The notes beneath the pieces are model-generated. The model saw only the letters and a list, made by a program, of their open reading frames with translations, did not search any database and had not been told where the DNA came from. Both the position numbers and the translations under genes were made by a program. Shown piece by piece: positions 1 through 12,657 of a DNA stretch of 64,000 nt. Every line of letters starts with the position of its first letter. The first letter of the stretch is position 1. Origin of the DNA: Elsinoe ampelina (taxonomy: Eukaryota); the NCBI GenBank assembly GCA_010093995.1, contig ML992510.1:799127-863126 (forward strand). The letters are read 5' to 3'.

Positions 1-310
1 CTAATCTAGACATAATAATAGTAATTAGCTAAAGGCCTATTAATTTAATTAATGTAATTAGCTTGTTTAAGCTATTTAAGCTGTTTAAGCTATTTAATTA
101 AAGGGTTAATGCGCGCTACTATAAGTGTTTGTCTTAATATAGCTAGTCTAGAATTTAGTGTAGGCGGCTTAGTAATCCTTTTAATAATAATATGCTTAAT
201 TTGCTACAGCTTTAAGTGCTTTTGTAGAAGCGCCGGGCTTATAACCTGTTATAACTAGCAAATCGGATCGAGAGATGTGTGTTTTATTTAGAGAGTTACA
301 ATAACCGATT
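1..310. repeat. AT-rich RIP-degraded repeat remnant (runs off window start)
   Basis: Strong TpA excess and CpA/TpG depletion (ctaatctaga, taattagct), no ORFs, abrupt return to ~50% GC near 310-330. Confidence 0.8.
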
Positions 311-568
311 TATCTACTGTGCGTGCGCTGACTCATCAGTACCAGTTCTTCAGTACCAGAGAAGCTGTACCAGCCTTCCATTACAACATCAGCATGGTGT
401 AGCACAAAGTTCACACTGCAGATACACTTAGTCTCTGAAGTAATTGCAAGAGGAGCTAGCGACTCTGATCGGTGAGATTACTCTCGGGTCCACTCAGCAG
501 ATTCATTGCGCGATTTCAACAGGGCAAACATGGTACAGATAGGTCGGTGAAGGCCAAGGGACTAAACC

Positions 569-1170
569 ATGATCACGAGCAGAATGGCCACAGAAGCTCT
601 TCCTGGCGAGAATCTATACGAACAAGTCGAGAGCTACGACTGGGTCAATGACCAAGAGTTCCAAGGTGGATTGAAAGCGATTTTAGGATCCGCCACTTCT
701 CCCGAGCAAGTGGCACATCTCTCCTTGCGAGCAAGATGCTTCTACTATTCAAGGTAGGGTCCCCACGACACTCTTGTCTCCAGCATATCATAACGCCGGG
801 CAGGAAGTTTGGCACAAAGGTTGACTTCGACGGCTACCAAGCATGGAGGAACGCACAATCAGTTGTGTCAAACGGTGACAGCACAGTGACAGACGCACCT
901 GCTGGAGCTGATCATACTACCGTGGCAGAGTCAGAGACAGACGCTGCTCCTGCTGCTCATGGGAATGCTCCTACGCCGGCTTCGTTTGCAGAGATATGCC
1001 AATTGATCGCAGAAGGCAAGCCGATACCGGGGATCAAGGAGATACCTGACACAGTGCTTGAGGGTTCTGCGACTGCGGCGACGAAGCCAAAGCGCAGAAA
1101 GCCTTGGGAGAAGGACACGCCGTCTGTAGAAGGGCAGAGTGGCGAGACGGGTGTGCAGTCGCCTGCTTGA
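569..1170 (+). CDS. PEX39: PEX39-like (DUF5572/KPWE-motif) peroxisomal PTS2 import factor; intron 754-803
   Basis: Exon 1 YDWVNDQEFQGGLKAIL..ARCFYYS joins exon 2 via GTAGGG..CAG (YSR-KFG); exon 2 has SFAEICQLIAEGKPIPGIKEIPD and KPKRRKPWEK, the family hallmarks as I recall them. Confidence 0.75.
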
Positions 1171-1480
1171 GAGGAACGCATGTCATTATGGCGAAATGCT
1201 TGAATGAAGCGGTGAAGATATGCAGAAGTAGCATCATGGTTGGAAACGTTCTGCATCAAAATTTCACTTGGACTATCGCAGTCTTGTACATACACACGTT
1301 TCGTACACCTCGCACTGTTTCGGCGTTGCGCTTGCCTCGCTCAATCCGCTTTCTTACGATCGACCCTCTCGAGTCAGCACCGTCATCTGCTACAGCTATG
1401 ACTCACTAAAGCCCGCCACATCGATATCCGCGTGATAACATCAGCCACGTGGAGCTCTTCTTCGCTGCTGGTTAACTCGT

Positions 1481-2505
1481 CTACGCCTTGGAGACAGTCC
1501 TACGGGCCTTGATGGTTGCATCGTAAAGAGCATCCTTGAAAGCGAATAGGAAGGCGGCTGTGAGCACACTCTGTGTGACCTTGGGGCCAATACCTAGAAT
1601 GATCAGTCATGGGATCGCGTAGGATTGATGCAAAACTTACCACCGTAAAGACCAGCCCAGCCCTCTTCACGCCTGATCCTATTGAAGCTAGAGATCATGC
1701 CCTCCTTAGATCCCTCACCAGTAGCGACGTGAGCCCTGCTCTTGACCGTGATATACGGGTAAGTGATTGTAGTCGCAGCAAGCTTGCCGAGAGCTCCGAG
1801 ATAGAAGCTGTCGGTAGGAGTGACCTTCCTCCTGCGCTCAAGAGTGTTCTTCAGCTGCTCAAAGATGGTGTACTGCAGGATTGGGTTGATGACCAAGACC
1901 AATGCAGGCAGAACACCAGCGAAGAGCCTAGTAGGACCCTCCTCCCGCAGGATAGCCATGAGGGTTCCGATGGTACTCGGGCTGCTTGCCTTCTTCTGCT
2001 TCTCTCCCTCAACGGTTGGGAGGACGTCATTGTCTGCCTCGCTCTTACGCGCCGTCATGCGGGTATTGACGACCCAGATAGGGTTGGTCATCAAGACGGT
2101 AAGTGAACCGGCGATGGCACCAGCAGCCATGGATTCAAGGGTGGTAAGTCTCTGACTGAGACGACCTTGGGTCTTTGCAGCCTTGATGAAGAAAGCGCGG
2201 GTCCATTCGTACCAGTAGTAGTAGACGAAGTTGGTGACAGTGATGCCGAAGAGGGCAGATTCAAGACCCGCGTACAGGCCGCGGATGCCCTCGCGTGCGA
2301 TGATGCGCCTGGCAGCGGCAAGTGTGTTGGTCTGCGCCTTCTTGGACTCGACTTGAGCGCGGGTAGACAGGGTGATGAGAGGGTAGGTCAAGGCCATGGA
2401 CGCAAGACCTCCGCCCGCACCAGCCAGAGCGTGAGCTACATTGTCGGATTGCTGCTCAGCCGAAATGGCGGGGGTTTGTTCTTTGGTCTGGCCGATTTGC
2501 GACAT
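1481..2505 (-). CDS. PMP47: Peroxisomal adenine nucleotide/solute carrier (mitochondrial carrier family, PMP47/PMP34-like); intron 1594-1640
   Basis: Three carrier repeats (YPLITLSTRAQ, NPIWVVNTRM, YPYITVKSR); last exon GIGPKVTQSVLTAAFLFAFKD ends at TAG 1481-1483. Confidence 0.9.
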
Positions 2506-3154
2506 TGTGGTGGTCAAGAAGAGCTAGTGTTGAGTTGAGGTCGTAGAGCTTGAACAGCTTCAGATAGTGTGGGAAAGAGACTCTAGTCGACTACTTGTTG
2601 ACAAAAGAGATGTTGGAGAGCAGAGATTGATGGTGGTTCGGGTGGATTAGGTATCGCGAAACTCACCTCGGCCAGGTTGATTGATTCCCCTGGGAAAGAC
2701 GGGGGTGATGATGCTCGGCCGGCATGTGCCAGGAAGTGGATTGTGGGGTCAAAGAACCGAGGCAATTGGAGTTGGACAGGGGAAATGTGCCAGATTTCAT
2801 GCATTGGAAAGGCTGAATCGGCTCACATCCAGTGTCACAATCTTATCATCCCCGCTTCCGTCTCAATTTCGCAAATTCATCCCCAAATCCGGACATCTTT
2901 TGATATTTTGCCATTTCGCGAAATACCCACAATCGCGTCGAGCGCGTCAACGGCTGTGAGACATACCTAATTTGGAGGTGAGCCCTTTCTTGCTACCCAT
3001 CATCTCTCTATTTGATCACCACTCTCATGTCGCTGTCCAAGCCAGTCCACAGCATGGGCAACCGTGCTAACATGTCATCCCACTGTCAGATCAAGTGTAG
3101 ATTGCTGCAAGATGTATCGACCAAGCTGAGCTCTACGCGAGATAATCAAGCTCA

Positions 3155-5251
3155 ATGGACGGCCTCGAGGACATCCCTGAGCAGGTTGTCATTCAGCCTG
3201 TCAATTTCGCTATACCACGATCAGAGGTTGGTCGCGACTTGCCAAGCAGGGAGGTGACTTCCGAAAACATCACTGATGCCTATATTCACTTCATCCTCTT
3301 CTGCAACCCTGCATATCCCGACGATATAGACACTTCTGCCCTGCGTGAACTCTTCCGTGGTCCACCTTCTTCAAACAAGAAAACCTTTGAAACATGGGAC
3401 ATCTTCATCCTTGTGAAAAGACTCAACGAATTCGATGGCATTCGAACTTGGCAGCAACTGGCGCTCGAGCTTGGAGTGGACCCTGGTATCGCTGAAGATG
3501 GAGCAGGATCACAACGAGTACCACAATACATTGTGCGACTCAAGAAATGGATGAAAGGGTCACACATCGATGCATTCTTCCAGTATCTGATCGGAAAGCC
3601 GCACGAGTACTACCAGGAAATCCCGCCCTTGTCTGACCCACATCCTGCTGAGGGGCGAGATGGCATCCAACCCAGCGAAGACCTCGCCTTGCGTGCCCTT
3701 GATCCTCGACTGCGGCCTAAGAGAGGCCGCAAGCGATTGGAGTCAAACATGGACGATCTTCCCCCTGCTCAAAGGCACACCTTTGCCACTCTGCCTGACT
3801 CTCAACGAGCGAATTTCAGCACTCCAATCTCAGCAGTCCCGCGCTCGGCTTTCCCACACTCGGCCATGACAGATCGCATGCCAGATCCTTGGTCCAGCAT
3901 ATCAACACAATTCCCTTCAGCGCTAGGAATGTCGGCAACAGAGCCTCGAAGTGCCTTTTCCGCTTTCGCCGCCGACCCACGGATGGACTCAATGCCAACA
4001 CCTGTGATAGCAAACAGACTGAACAAGTGGAATGCCACCACAGGCAGTACTTCGTCACATTCGGCAGCAGGGACACCAATGACGCCATCGTCAAACCTCT
4101 TGGCTCCAACGCATTCTCCAAACATGAGTCGCAATATGCCTTCTCCTTCCCAAGCTCGTCGAGCTCAGCCGCAGGCCAATCGACCCCCTCAATCTCCAGC
4201 AACCTCATCGGCAGCGGCCGCAGCGACTCGGGCAGCTTCTGGGTTAGGTCTTGCCCTCGACACAACTTACGTCCCTCCCCAAGCAAACATGCTCGACCAA
4301 CCTAGCAGTGCTGTGTCAGCCGCAAGTACGAGCAGCAGGCGTGAACGACAACGATTGCAATTGCAGGTCCCAAAGCATACCGGACCTCCAATCCGATTGA
4401 TGACGCCACCAGCACCAGGTCAGCCAGGTCAGAATCAGGAGGTAGCCCACGAAAGTGTCGAAAGTCAAGATCAAGGGCATGTTCAATCACTGCTCTCGGG
4501 ACCAATCTCTCAAGATCGAGTGGAAGCGGCATATGAGAAGCTGAAGCGCACGTTAGCCGGCGACTTGCTCAAAAGTGAAGTGTACGGTCGGGAAACGCGG
4601 TTGGTAGGCAAAGATGCAAGACGTCTCGCCACTGCGGCCCTGGAGAGGATGGGTCTCCGTCTTGATACGCGATTGAACATCGAATCGATAGTCACCGCCT
4701 CGGTCCATCTTGGCCTGGCACACGCGATTGACCTTGAGGGCATCATGGGTCAAAGTATCGCCTTCCCACCTACCAGCACGGACAAGGAGATCAGGGTTAA
4801 GAGATTTATTGTGGACCAGGATGGATATGAGGAACACGCCGACATTGACTATGAGACTTCGGGACCTGGCGAGATGGTCAAGGACGTATACGAAATCTTT
4901 TGGACAATCAACAGCGGGGGTCTTCAAGGAGAAATGAGGCTCAAAGGACTAGAGCTGGTCATGGATGGCATCATTGGCGAAAAACACATGAATACAGAGA
5001 AGCCGGAGAATGAGACCGCAACGTTCAGGCAGCTGCGGAATCAGTCGAGTGTACTCATGGATACTGTTCGACGCCAACACGCGGGACCGGGGGACGAGGA
5101 TGCCCAGCAGGAGCGAGACACTGTAGCCGGTGCCGGTAGTGCTACCAACTGGCGCGAGAAGTACTTCGAGCTTGAGAAGCTAAACAAAGGGATGCACAGC
5201 GTCCTTGAGAAAGCCAAGGACAAGATGATTAATGTTGTCCTAGAGCTGTGA
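3155..5251 (+). CDS. abp2: ARS-binding protein 2 (Abp2) domain protein
   Basis: 698-aa ORF; N-terminal ITDAYIHFILFCNP...TWQQLALELGV...YIVRLKKWMKGSHIDAFFQYL...RPKRGRK matches the fungal Abp2 domain. Confidence 0.75.
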   Translation: MDGLEDIPEQVVIQPVNFAIPRSEVGRDLPSREVTSENITDAYIHFILFCNPAYPDDIDTSALRELFRGPPSSNKKTFETWDIFILVKRLNEFDGIRTWQQLALELGVDPGIAEDGAGSQRVPQYIVRLKKWMKGSHIDAFFQYLIGKPHEYYQEIPPLSDPHPAEGRDGIQPSEDLALRALDPRLRPKRGRKRLESNMDDLPPAQRHTFATLPDSQRANFSTPISAVPRSAFPHSAMTDRMPDPWSSISTQFPSALGMSATEPRSAFSAFAADPRMDSMPTPVIANRLNKWNATTGSTSSHSAAGTPMTPSSNLLAPTHSPNMSRNMPSPSQARRAQPQANRPPQSPATSSAAAAATRAASGLGLALDTTYVPPQANMLDQPSSAVSAASTSSRRERQRLQLQVPKHTGPPIRLMTPPAPGQPGQNQEVAHESVESQDQGHVQSLLSGPISQDRVEAAYEKLKRTLAGDLLKSEVYGRETRLVGKDARRLATAALERMGLRLDTRLNIESIVTASVHLGLAHAIDLEGIMGQSIAFPPTSTDKEIRVKRFIVDQDGYEEHADIDYETSGPGEMVKDVYEIFWTINSGGLQGEMRLKGLELVMDGIIGEKHMNTEKPENETATFRQLRNQSSVLMDTVRRQHAGPGDEDAQQERDTVAGAGSATNWREKYFELEKLNKGMHSVLEKAKDKMINVVLEL

Positions 5252-5827
5252 TGATGGGAAAGGACCCGCACTGGAGGGTAAGGAATCTTGCCCTGTCATA
5301 GTCTTCTTTGACCACGATCACGGTATCACATAGGATGCGGACCAGATGGGAATGCTGATGAGGCCTACGAACATTTCACCATAATCGACACTGTTACCCC
5401 TCGTGCATGGAGACCGTTTGCTAGTCATTGCAAAGTCCCACTCCCCCGCAGTGGTGGGTTGGGTGGGTGGGTTCAGATGTCCCGGGATCTCGACGACGTC
5501 CCTTCCATCTCGTCCCCATCTGCAGGTCTTCATGATGTCCATAACTTTCACCACGCCTTTCTAACATTATACCGTGCTCGGAGTATGCGACGGAGCGCAA
5601 CGTTGGTGGCGACTAGAATGGATCCTACCAGAATCCATCTGAGGTGAAGGATGTCGCTTCCTTGAGGCTACCTTGCACAAACTTACGGACCCCTCATATG
5701 ATGCTGTCGATCATGTGCATAGCGGGGACTCCGTGTCGCTTCAGCTCATCCCACTGGTCAAGGGCAACGCATAAGACCTCCTATGCTGGCAATGCACACG
5801 GCACGGAAAGGTTGTGATTACAGAACC

Positions 5828-7190
5828 ATGTCCGACACCCAAGGTAAACCCGACCGGGTAAGATTGACTATCTACCTATATCATCGCCCCGGGTCATCTC
5901 TTCTAGCTATGTGTCTAAAGCCGGCCGAACGTCACCTTCGTTGCCGCGATCGTTTCCTGAAGAACTACCACTTTGACAAGACATCACAGGCCCACCTCTC
6001 CTCTCCGTACCATCACCATTGGCACAGGCGTCTCGGGCATCCTCAATACCTTCCAAATCCAGAAGGACTTCCTATCTGAACCCGCTCGCAGCTCCCTCCC
6101 AACCTCTCCCGATCCCGGCATCGAGCATGTCACCTACGAGAAGAACCACGACATTGGCGGCACCTGGCTTGACAATCGCTACCCTGGTTGCGCCTGCGTT
6201 ATCCCTTCCCATGCCTACACCTACGACTGGGCTCTGAATCCCGACTGGCCCCGCTTCTTCTCCTACGGTACCGAAATCTGGGCCTCGTCTGCACCATCTT
6301 CAACCTCCGGCCATCTTGTTTTGGAAGCGAACGGGGGAGGTTGTCAAGGATGAGAGGTTGTCGAAGGGGTTCACGCCGTGTTTTGGGCTGGGTTGCAGGA
6401 GGGTCACGCCGGGGGGTCCCTGTATGCTTGCTGTGCTGGAGGGGAATGTGGATGTGCATTTCACTGCGGTCAAGGAGTGTACGGAGGCTGGGGTGGTGGG
6501 GAGGATGGGGTGCAGAGGGAGGTGGATACGGTAGTTTGTGCGACGGGGTTTGATGTTAGTTATCGGTCGAGGTTTAGTATTGTGGGTAAGGGAGGGGTGA
6601 GGTTGGATGAAAAGTGGAAGGCGTGTCCCGAAGGGTACTTGGGGTTGGGGGTGCCGGGGTTGCCGAGTTTTATTACGTTTATTGGGCCGACTTGGCAGGT
6701 CGATACTGTCCTGGTAGAGATGGGGAGAAGGTGCTGATGTGGTGACAGACCGGTTGAGAATGGGTCTGTGATGGGTCCGCTGCAGCAGGTGTGCAGTTAT
6801 GCCATGCAGGTTACTAGGAAATGACACTTGATCATGTCAAGTCTTGGATGCCGAGGCAGGATATCACGGACAAGTTCAACCAGCATGCGCAGGAAGTGGA
6901 TCAAGTATACAGTCTGGAAGCACGATTATCGGGATTGGTACAAGAACAACGAGACTGGTAGGGTGAAAGCGGTCTGGCCTGGATCTTCGCTGCATTACAT
7001 GAAAGCGGTTGAGACACCAAGGTGGGAGGACTTTGAGATCGAGTACAAGCATGAGAAGCCCTGGGCAGCGTTGGGCATGGGGTGGACGTTAGAGAATTGT
7101 GCTGGGCTGGGAAATGCGTATCCAAGTCCGTATCTGAAGTGGAGAATATTGATACGGAGTGGGCGAAAGCTGTCTCTGGGTGGAGGGGAG
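5828..7190 (+). pseudogene. Flavin-containing/Baeyer-Villiger-type monooxygenase (StcW-like) pseudogene
   Basis: FAD motif [45 protein letters not shown] and VWPGSSLHY are present but split over frames (shifts near 6500, 6825, 6895); the central NADPH-binding region is missing near 6290-6345. Confidence 0.85.
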
Positions 7191-7337
7191 ACTCTGTGGT
7201 GCACTGGAAGGAATGATTCGGATGTCGCGTTCTTTGTACGTCTGCAATCTAGGCCGTCGCTGTGCATTTAGGATACCGTGCTGTTCTGTTCTACAAAGCA
7301 CGATCCTAGGAGAGTGTTTCTTTTCGATGTAGCATCA

Positions 7338-8393
7338 TCAATTCTTGATTTTGTCCGGCTTGAGCAGCAAAGTGCCAGTGACTGGATCGGCTAGCGTCCA
7401 GCATGCTGAAGAGAGGGAGCCGATCAGAAAGTCGTACCCAAGAGCGCTGACTGCTGGATGGCTGTCAAGTCCTCTCAAGGCATTGTCGATATCTGGTAGG
7501 AAATGTCCTGAGAACGGTGATACGACAAGCAGCGCTTGCACAGCCACGACGAGGATGACAAGTGCATTGATTGCCGAGATAGCTCCTCTAATTTTTGACT
7601 GCTTGGGTTGACGTGCATTTGAGGCTGTCCTCGTGAGGAACGGGATGGCTAACAAGATTCTGGCGATGAGGATAACATAGATGATTTGCTGCCCGGCTGA
7701 AGGGGCGAAGAGCAGACAAGCCAGATACCCGAGACCGCTGAATAGCCATATCGTTGGTGTGCCTGGTATCGCTCGGTCCTGCTTTGTCGATGTGCCGAGT
7801 AGCGCAAGATACATGAGGTTTTGGGCAAATGAGATGGGCAAGATCTCAGCTAGCCCGATAAAGGCCCAGAGATGCGGCACTTTAGCTTGCCAGCCTGGTA
7901 GGACAATATCAGCAGTGTGTCCCGGTATCATGACCGAACGATGCTGACCTCTTGTGCACATGAACGCCACCCGAGTAAAGGTCATCGCAAGTGAAGCATT
8001 TGCCCAGACCCATCGATCCGAGCCTAGGGTAAGAGCAATTCCAAATTCTTGGAACAAAGTCGAGGTCTTGGACCACTCCCAGAGACTAAGAGGTTGTCGT
8101 CCGTTTCCGATCAAGCACCCAGGTCCAATGAAGTAATCAGGAAGGGGAATCGATCTGGACTGGGACCAGGTTCGGTAAGAAAGTATCAAAACATTGAGCA
8201 TGTGATATGAAAGGGTGCAGAAACTGAAGGTAGCAAGGATGGAAAAGAGAAGCCGAGCTCTAGGTGAACTTAGATTGGTCGGTGTGGTAGTTCGTATGAC
8301 ATTGATGCAAATGGCTGTGAAGGCCAATGCCGCCACGATGTACGACCAGAAGACGGATGCACCAAGCACACTCGAATAGCTGTCGTCAGCCAT
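7338..8393 (-). CDS. Conserved fungal multi-pass membrane protein of unknown function; probable in-frame intron 7895-7948
   Basis: 351-aa hydrophobic ORF; GTCAGC..CTGAT..CAG intron of 54 nt; motifs WEWSKTSTLFQEF, LAEILPISFAQNL, HPAVSALGYD. Confidence 0.7.
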   Translation of the reverse strand: MADDSYSSVLGASVFWSYIVAALAFTAICINVIRTTTPTNLSSPRARLLFSILATFSFCTLSYHMLNVLILSYRTWSQSRSIPLPDYFIGPGCLIGNGRQPLSLWEWSKTSTLFQEFGIALTLGSDRWVWANASLAMTFTRVAFMCTRGQHRSVMIPGHTADIVLPGWQAKVPHLWAFIGLAEILPISFAQNLMYLALLGTSTKQDRAIPGTPTIWLFSGLGYLACLLFAPSAGQQIIYVILIARILLAIPFLTRTASNARQPKQSKIRGAISAINALVILVVAVQALLVVSPFSGHFLPDIDNALRGLDSHPAVSALGYDFLIGSLSSACWTLADPVTGTLLLKPDKIKN

Positions 8394-8617
8394 TGGAATG
8401 CTCTCGATGATTCCGTGACACGACTGCTGTAGAGCAGAATGCTAAATATGCCCTGGTGAGCGTGTCGATTGGTCATTGATGGTATCGAAGGGGTGTTGGA
8501 AAGGTCAAGCTTTCGCCCCCGACCCTCGGGCAGCGACGAATTTGACCGAAACAGGCAAAAGATGGGGACCTGGGAGATGGTATGGGGTTCAATCTGGTTA
8601 AACTCGGGCAAACACCT

Positions 8618-11600
8618 TATTCTCTGTTGCAAAAGGGCTAGGATTTTCTTGGCAAATTTGCTTTTAAACGTCAGCTTAAACGACTAACTTCAACCTAATA
8701 GCTAATAACTCACTAATCAATTAAAAATTAAAGCTAAAAAAAGGTGTAATAGTAAAGTTAGTACTTCTAGATTAAGTAATAAAATAATTAACCAATTCGC
8801 AGCTAAATTGCTAGTGTTAGTGTCGCTATTACAATGCCTTAAATATACCTTATTCTATTGCCCTATTACATTAACTATATCTATAAGCTCTTTCTCTCTA
8901 GTATAAGTACTAATAATATTACTAACCTTACTAAAGGCCTCTTAAAGTTAAGATCTTATTACTTAAGGGCTAATTAGCTTACCTTTAGCTATATTAAGCA
9001 TCCGAAGGCATTAAAGAAGAGAGGGTAGCTACTACTATTACTACTCGAGGTGTTACTAGATATATAAAGACTATTTAAGAAGGAGTTAGATATATACTTA
9101 GAGGAGCTATAGAATTATTTAGAGTCTTATTAGTCGATTTCTGTATTAATTAGTACTATCTCTAGAGAGCTAAAAAAGTCAAATTACATATATAAGGTAT
9201 TAAGTTATACTACTAGCTAGAGAGATAAGGTACTCTATACTAAGTATTATAAAGAGATAAAGGCGTTTACTACTAACTAGCTCGTGTGTATAGATAAGAC
9301 TATAGTTAATAAGAAGACTCTATAGCGCTACTTTAGTTAGTTACTAAAGAGGTTACTAGCTATAGATCGCTTAGTAAGAAAGACAAGTAAGCGCTAGTTA
9401 GTACTTCTAGCGCTTACTATTAATAGATATCTCTATAGCGTAAAGGTGTTTTAAGGCTTAATTATAGCTACAATATTCGAGTGCTAGCTTTAAGAGGAGG
9501 TACTACTATAGTACTTACCTTATCTAGGCCTATAGTTAGTATTAGTATTAGATAATTATTAAATTCACTAGAGGAAGATATATAAAGAGTTTACTATCGC
9601 TACTATTAGCTACTTAGCTAATTACGTTAGGTAATAATTGACCTCTATTAATAGTATAGTATTTTAGTACGATTTTTACCTAGCTATTTACCGGATTATA
9701 ATCTAATTAAGCCTAGCTTCTATATATTAAAGTAGTATATACGGCGTAATAGAAAGGAGGTACCGTAGCTTAATATAGAGAGATACTAGCGTTAGTTTAA
9801 GGTGTTTATCTACGAGTCCTATAAGGACTTTTAGAGTAGTATTAACTTTAAAGCACTATTTAAAAACTGCAGATATAGGCTTAAATAAAGTCACCTATCT
9901 ATCGCTATTAATCTGCTATAATTATATACTATACTTAGGTTACTTCTCCTTATCGAATAATATTATACTAGGTATCTACTAAATAAAGAGGCTAAGGTAC
10001 TACTTTACCTTTACTCTAATACTATATAGAGGAATTATTCTCTCTAGCATCTTATTACTTAATTGCAAAAGCAATTTAAGGTCCTAGTAATCTATAATAA
10101 GCCGCTAAGTAGCGTTATAAAGAGGCACCTTAAAGTAAGAGTAGCGCTATATAAGGGAGTTAAAAAAGCAAGTAATATATTAAGAGTCTTTAGCCTTAAG
10201 AGGAAGCGAGCTTAACTAGAGAATTTTGTAATTACTATCGCTTATTATTAGTATAGAGAGAGGTTAAAGGGTAGTTAAAAGAGCTAAAGGTAACTCTAGA
10301 CAAGGTACTAGAGGCTAGCTACTATTATAGAAGTACTAGTTAAAGATAGAGGTTAAAGAAGGCCTATAGAGAGAAGGATTTAATTTGCCTTATTACCTCT
10401 TATATTACTTATACTTAGCTAACTACCTATCCTTACGAGCCTTAGTAGCGGCAGTAATAAAATTAATAATATAGACTAATAGCCTACTAGTAGTAGACTA
10501 GCCTATAGTAGTATTATATTGCTATTCGTTAATAATATTAGTATCGATAGTATAGTAAGTGCTACTAATAATAATATATACTACCTTATCTATATTCGAG
10601 CACTAGCTAGTTTTACACTAGTAAAACTCCTTAATATTATACTAAAATTACTTACGGAATGCCTTCTTAGCTTACGTATTTAATACTAATAGTCCTCGAG
10701 GTATATTGTAGTCTAGTTATTATAGTATAGCTTAAGAGAGGTAAGTAGTAGTACCTCGGATAGTATAGGGATTAGTAGTATTAGCTAGTACTAAGATTTC
10801 TCCCTTAGTAGAGATATTCTACTCTAAGGAGAATCTCCCTTATTAATTATTAACGTGTAATTGTAGCTCCTTCTTCTTTAAACTATAGTAGTGCCTTAGA
10901 AGGTTAATAACCTTATACTATAGTAATCCTAGCACCTTAAAGTTGTCTATAGAGTTAATAGAGTTACCCTTAGTAGAGGTAGTAAAGATCTTAGCCTTCT
11001 AAGAGAGGGAGTAGCATTATAGGCCTTATATATAAGTAAATAGATAGATAGTAGTAGCTGCCTTATTATAGATACTACTAATACTACTATTAATGTTATA
11101 AAGCTTATTAAATCGCTTAAGCTCCTTACTATCGAATTAAACTATCTAAACTCAGACGAACTAGACGTTTAGAGGAGGTATTAGTAATTACTAAGTCTAA
11201 GAGTTAGTAGAAGAACTTAGCGATTTTTGTTAATAGTAATAGCAAGGTAGTTTTAACTTAGATTAACTCTACTATCTCTCTAATACTTAAGATATACTTT
11301 ATAATGCTTCTCTACTAGTTGTCTTATTATCTAGTTACTCTTATATAGCTATTACTAAGTTAGAAGGGGAGGGGAGTATCGGTTAAGAGATATACCTTCT
11401 TAGTACTAATATTATAGTACTCTAGTAAGTAACTCTTTAACTTTTTTAGATAGGCTATTTAGCTTATAGTTTAATCTCTTTAACTTCTTTAACTTTACCT
11501 TCTTCTTCCTTAATAACTATAGGTCGACTTTAGCGCTTCTACTTTCTCTAAATACTTCTCCTAGCTAGAGCTTCTAAATTAAGGTTCTTTAGAGGCTTAC

Positions 11601-12136
11601 TAGCGTTTATATATACTATTCTTCTTATAGGCGCTTCTCTATTACTATCTCTATTAGCTTATAAAGTTTAAAGGCTAGTAAACTTAACGTAGTATAAGGA
11701 TTAAGCCTAGGCCGACTAAGGGGGAGAGTTAATAATCTTATAGAAGCCTTCTAATACTAGCATTTCTAAGAGCTCTAATAGGTTACTAAAATAAGATAGG
11801 TATCTAGTATTTAATCTATCTTCTTTAACTAGCTCTTTATTACGCTCGATAGACTAAGGGGGAGTAGTTATAAGGAGGGGGGAGCTCGGTAGTACATTAA
11901 AGGTGCTAGGGTTAAAGTCCTCTATCTCGGTAATTATCTAGTTAATTTATATATAAGTTAGATTAACTAGATTAAAAGACATGTAATTGCACTTGGCAGT
12001 GCTATTACACCTTTTTTTAGCTTCAAAAACGACGAATTAGGTAAGTTATAGTAAGATAGGTAAGAAGTGGTCAATTTGGTGGTGGTTTACACGCTGATTT
12101 GCTAAGAAAATCCCAGCCCTTTTGCAACAGAGAATA
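8618..12136 (+). mobile_element. RIP-inactivated Tc1/IS630-type (DD34E) DNA transposon with TA target duplication and ~135-bp imperfect TIRs
   Basis: Ends TATTCTCTGTTGCAAAAGGGCT(A/G)GGATTTTCTT(G/A)GCAAAT are inverted at 8618-8657 and 12097-12136; a perfect inner 22-bp IR lies at 8731-8752 and 12002-12023; de-RIPed + strand gives QLVCIDET (D 9293), PYPGPRSVLVLDNCQIH (D 9551), FLPSYSPDYNPIE (E 9709). Confidence 0.92.
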
Positions 12137-12657
12137 GTCAGCGTCAAAACCTCCACACTTGCATCAGGCCCTCCTCCTTGACCCTCTTCCCCAAACATGC
12201 AACATGCACGCCCCTAGTCATGTCCATCAACCTCTTTTGCTTGTTTCACGAATGGCTGGTAGGATGCTCGAAAACAAATCAGCTTCATCTGGCGCGGTTA
12301 ATTGGCGTTCGTTCTGAAAGACACGAGTATTCACGGGAATTCCGTGAACCGATCAAGATTGTCAGCGTCGTCATCATCAACTTGATTCATCGGTCTGATA
12401 GCATGCCAACTCCCTGTCTCTGGACTTACGGATGTCGTCTGCCAATCCCAAATCCGACTCGCTTGTGGCCAGGGAATCGTGAAAGTATAATATATAACAT
12501 CTAGGGCAGATTTACATTCGGGCCGGACCACCATTGACCAAGGTCAAGCTACTCGCCTAGACACAGGTTTGTAGGATCTAACACTCTGTACTAGGGACTA
12601 TGGCTGTGACTTTCTCTTCTCTCCTCTTCGTCTTCCTATAATTCCAATGGATCGAAA

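Noticed and set aside
10560..10920. 2OG-Fe/TET-like dioxygenase as transposon cargo (LHVD-like motif)
   Set aside because: The downstream His/Arg motifs are not in the same frame on careful reading
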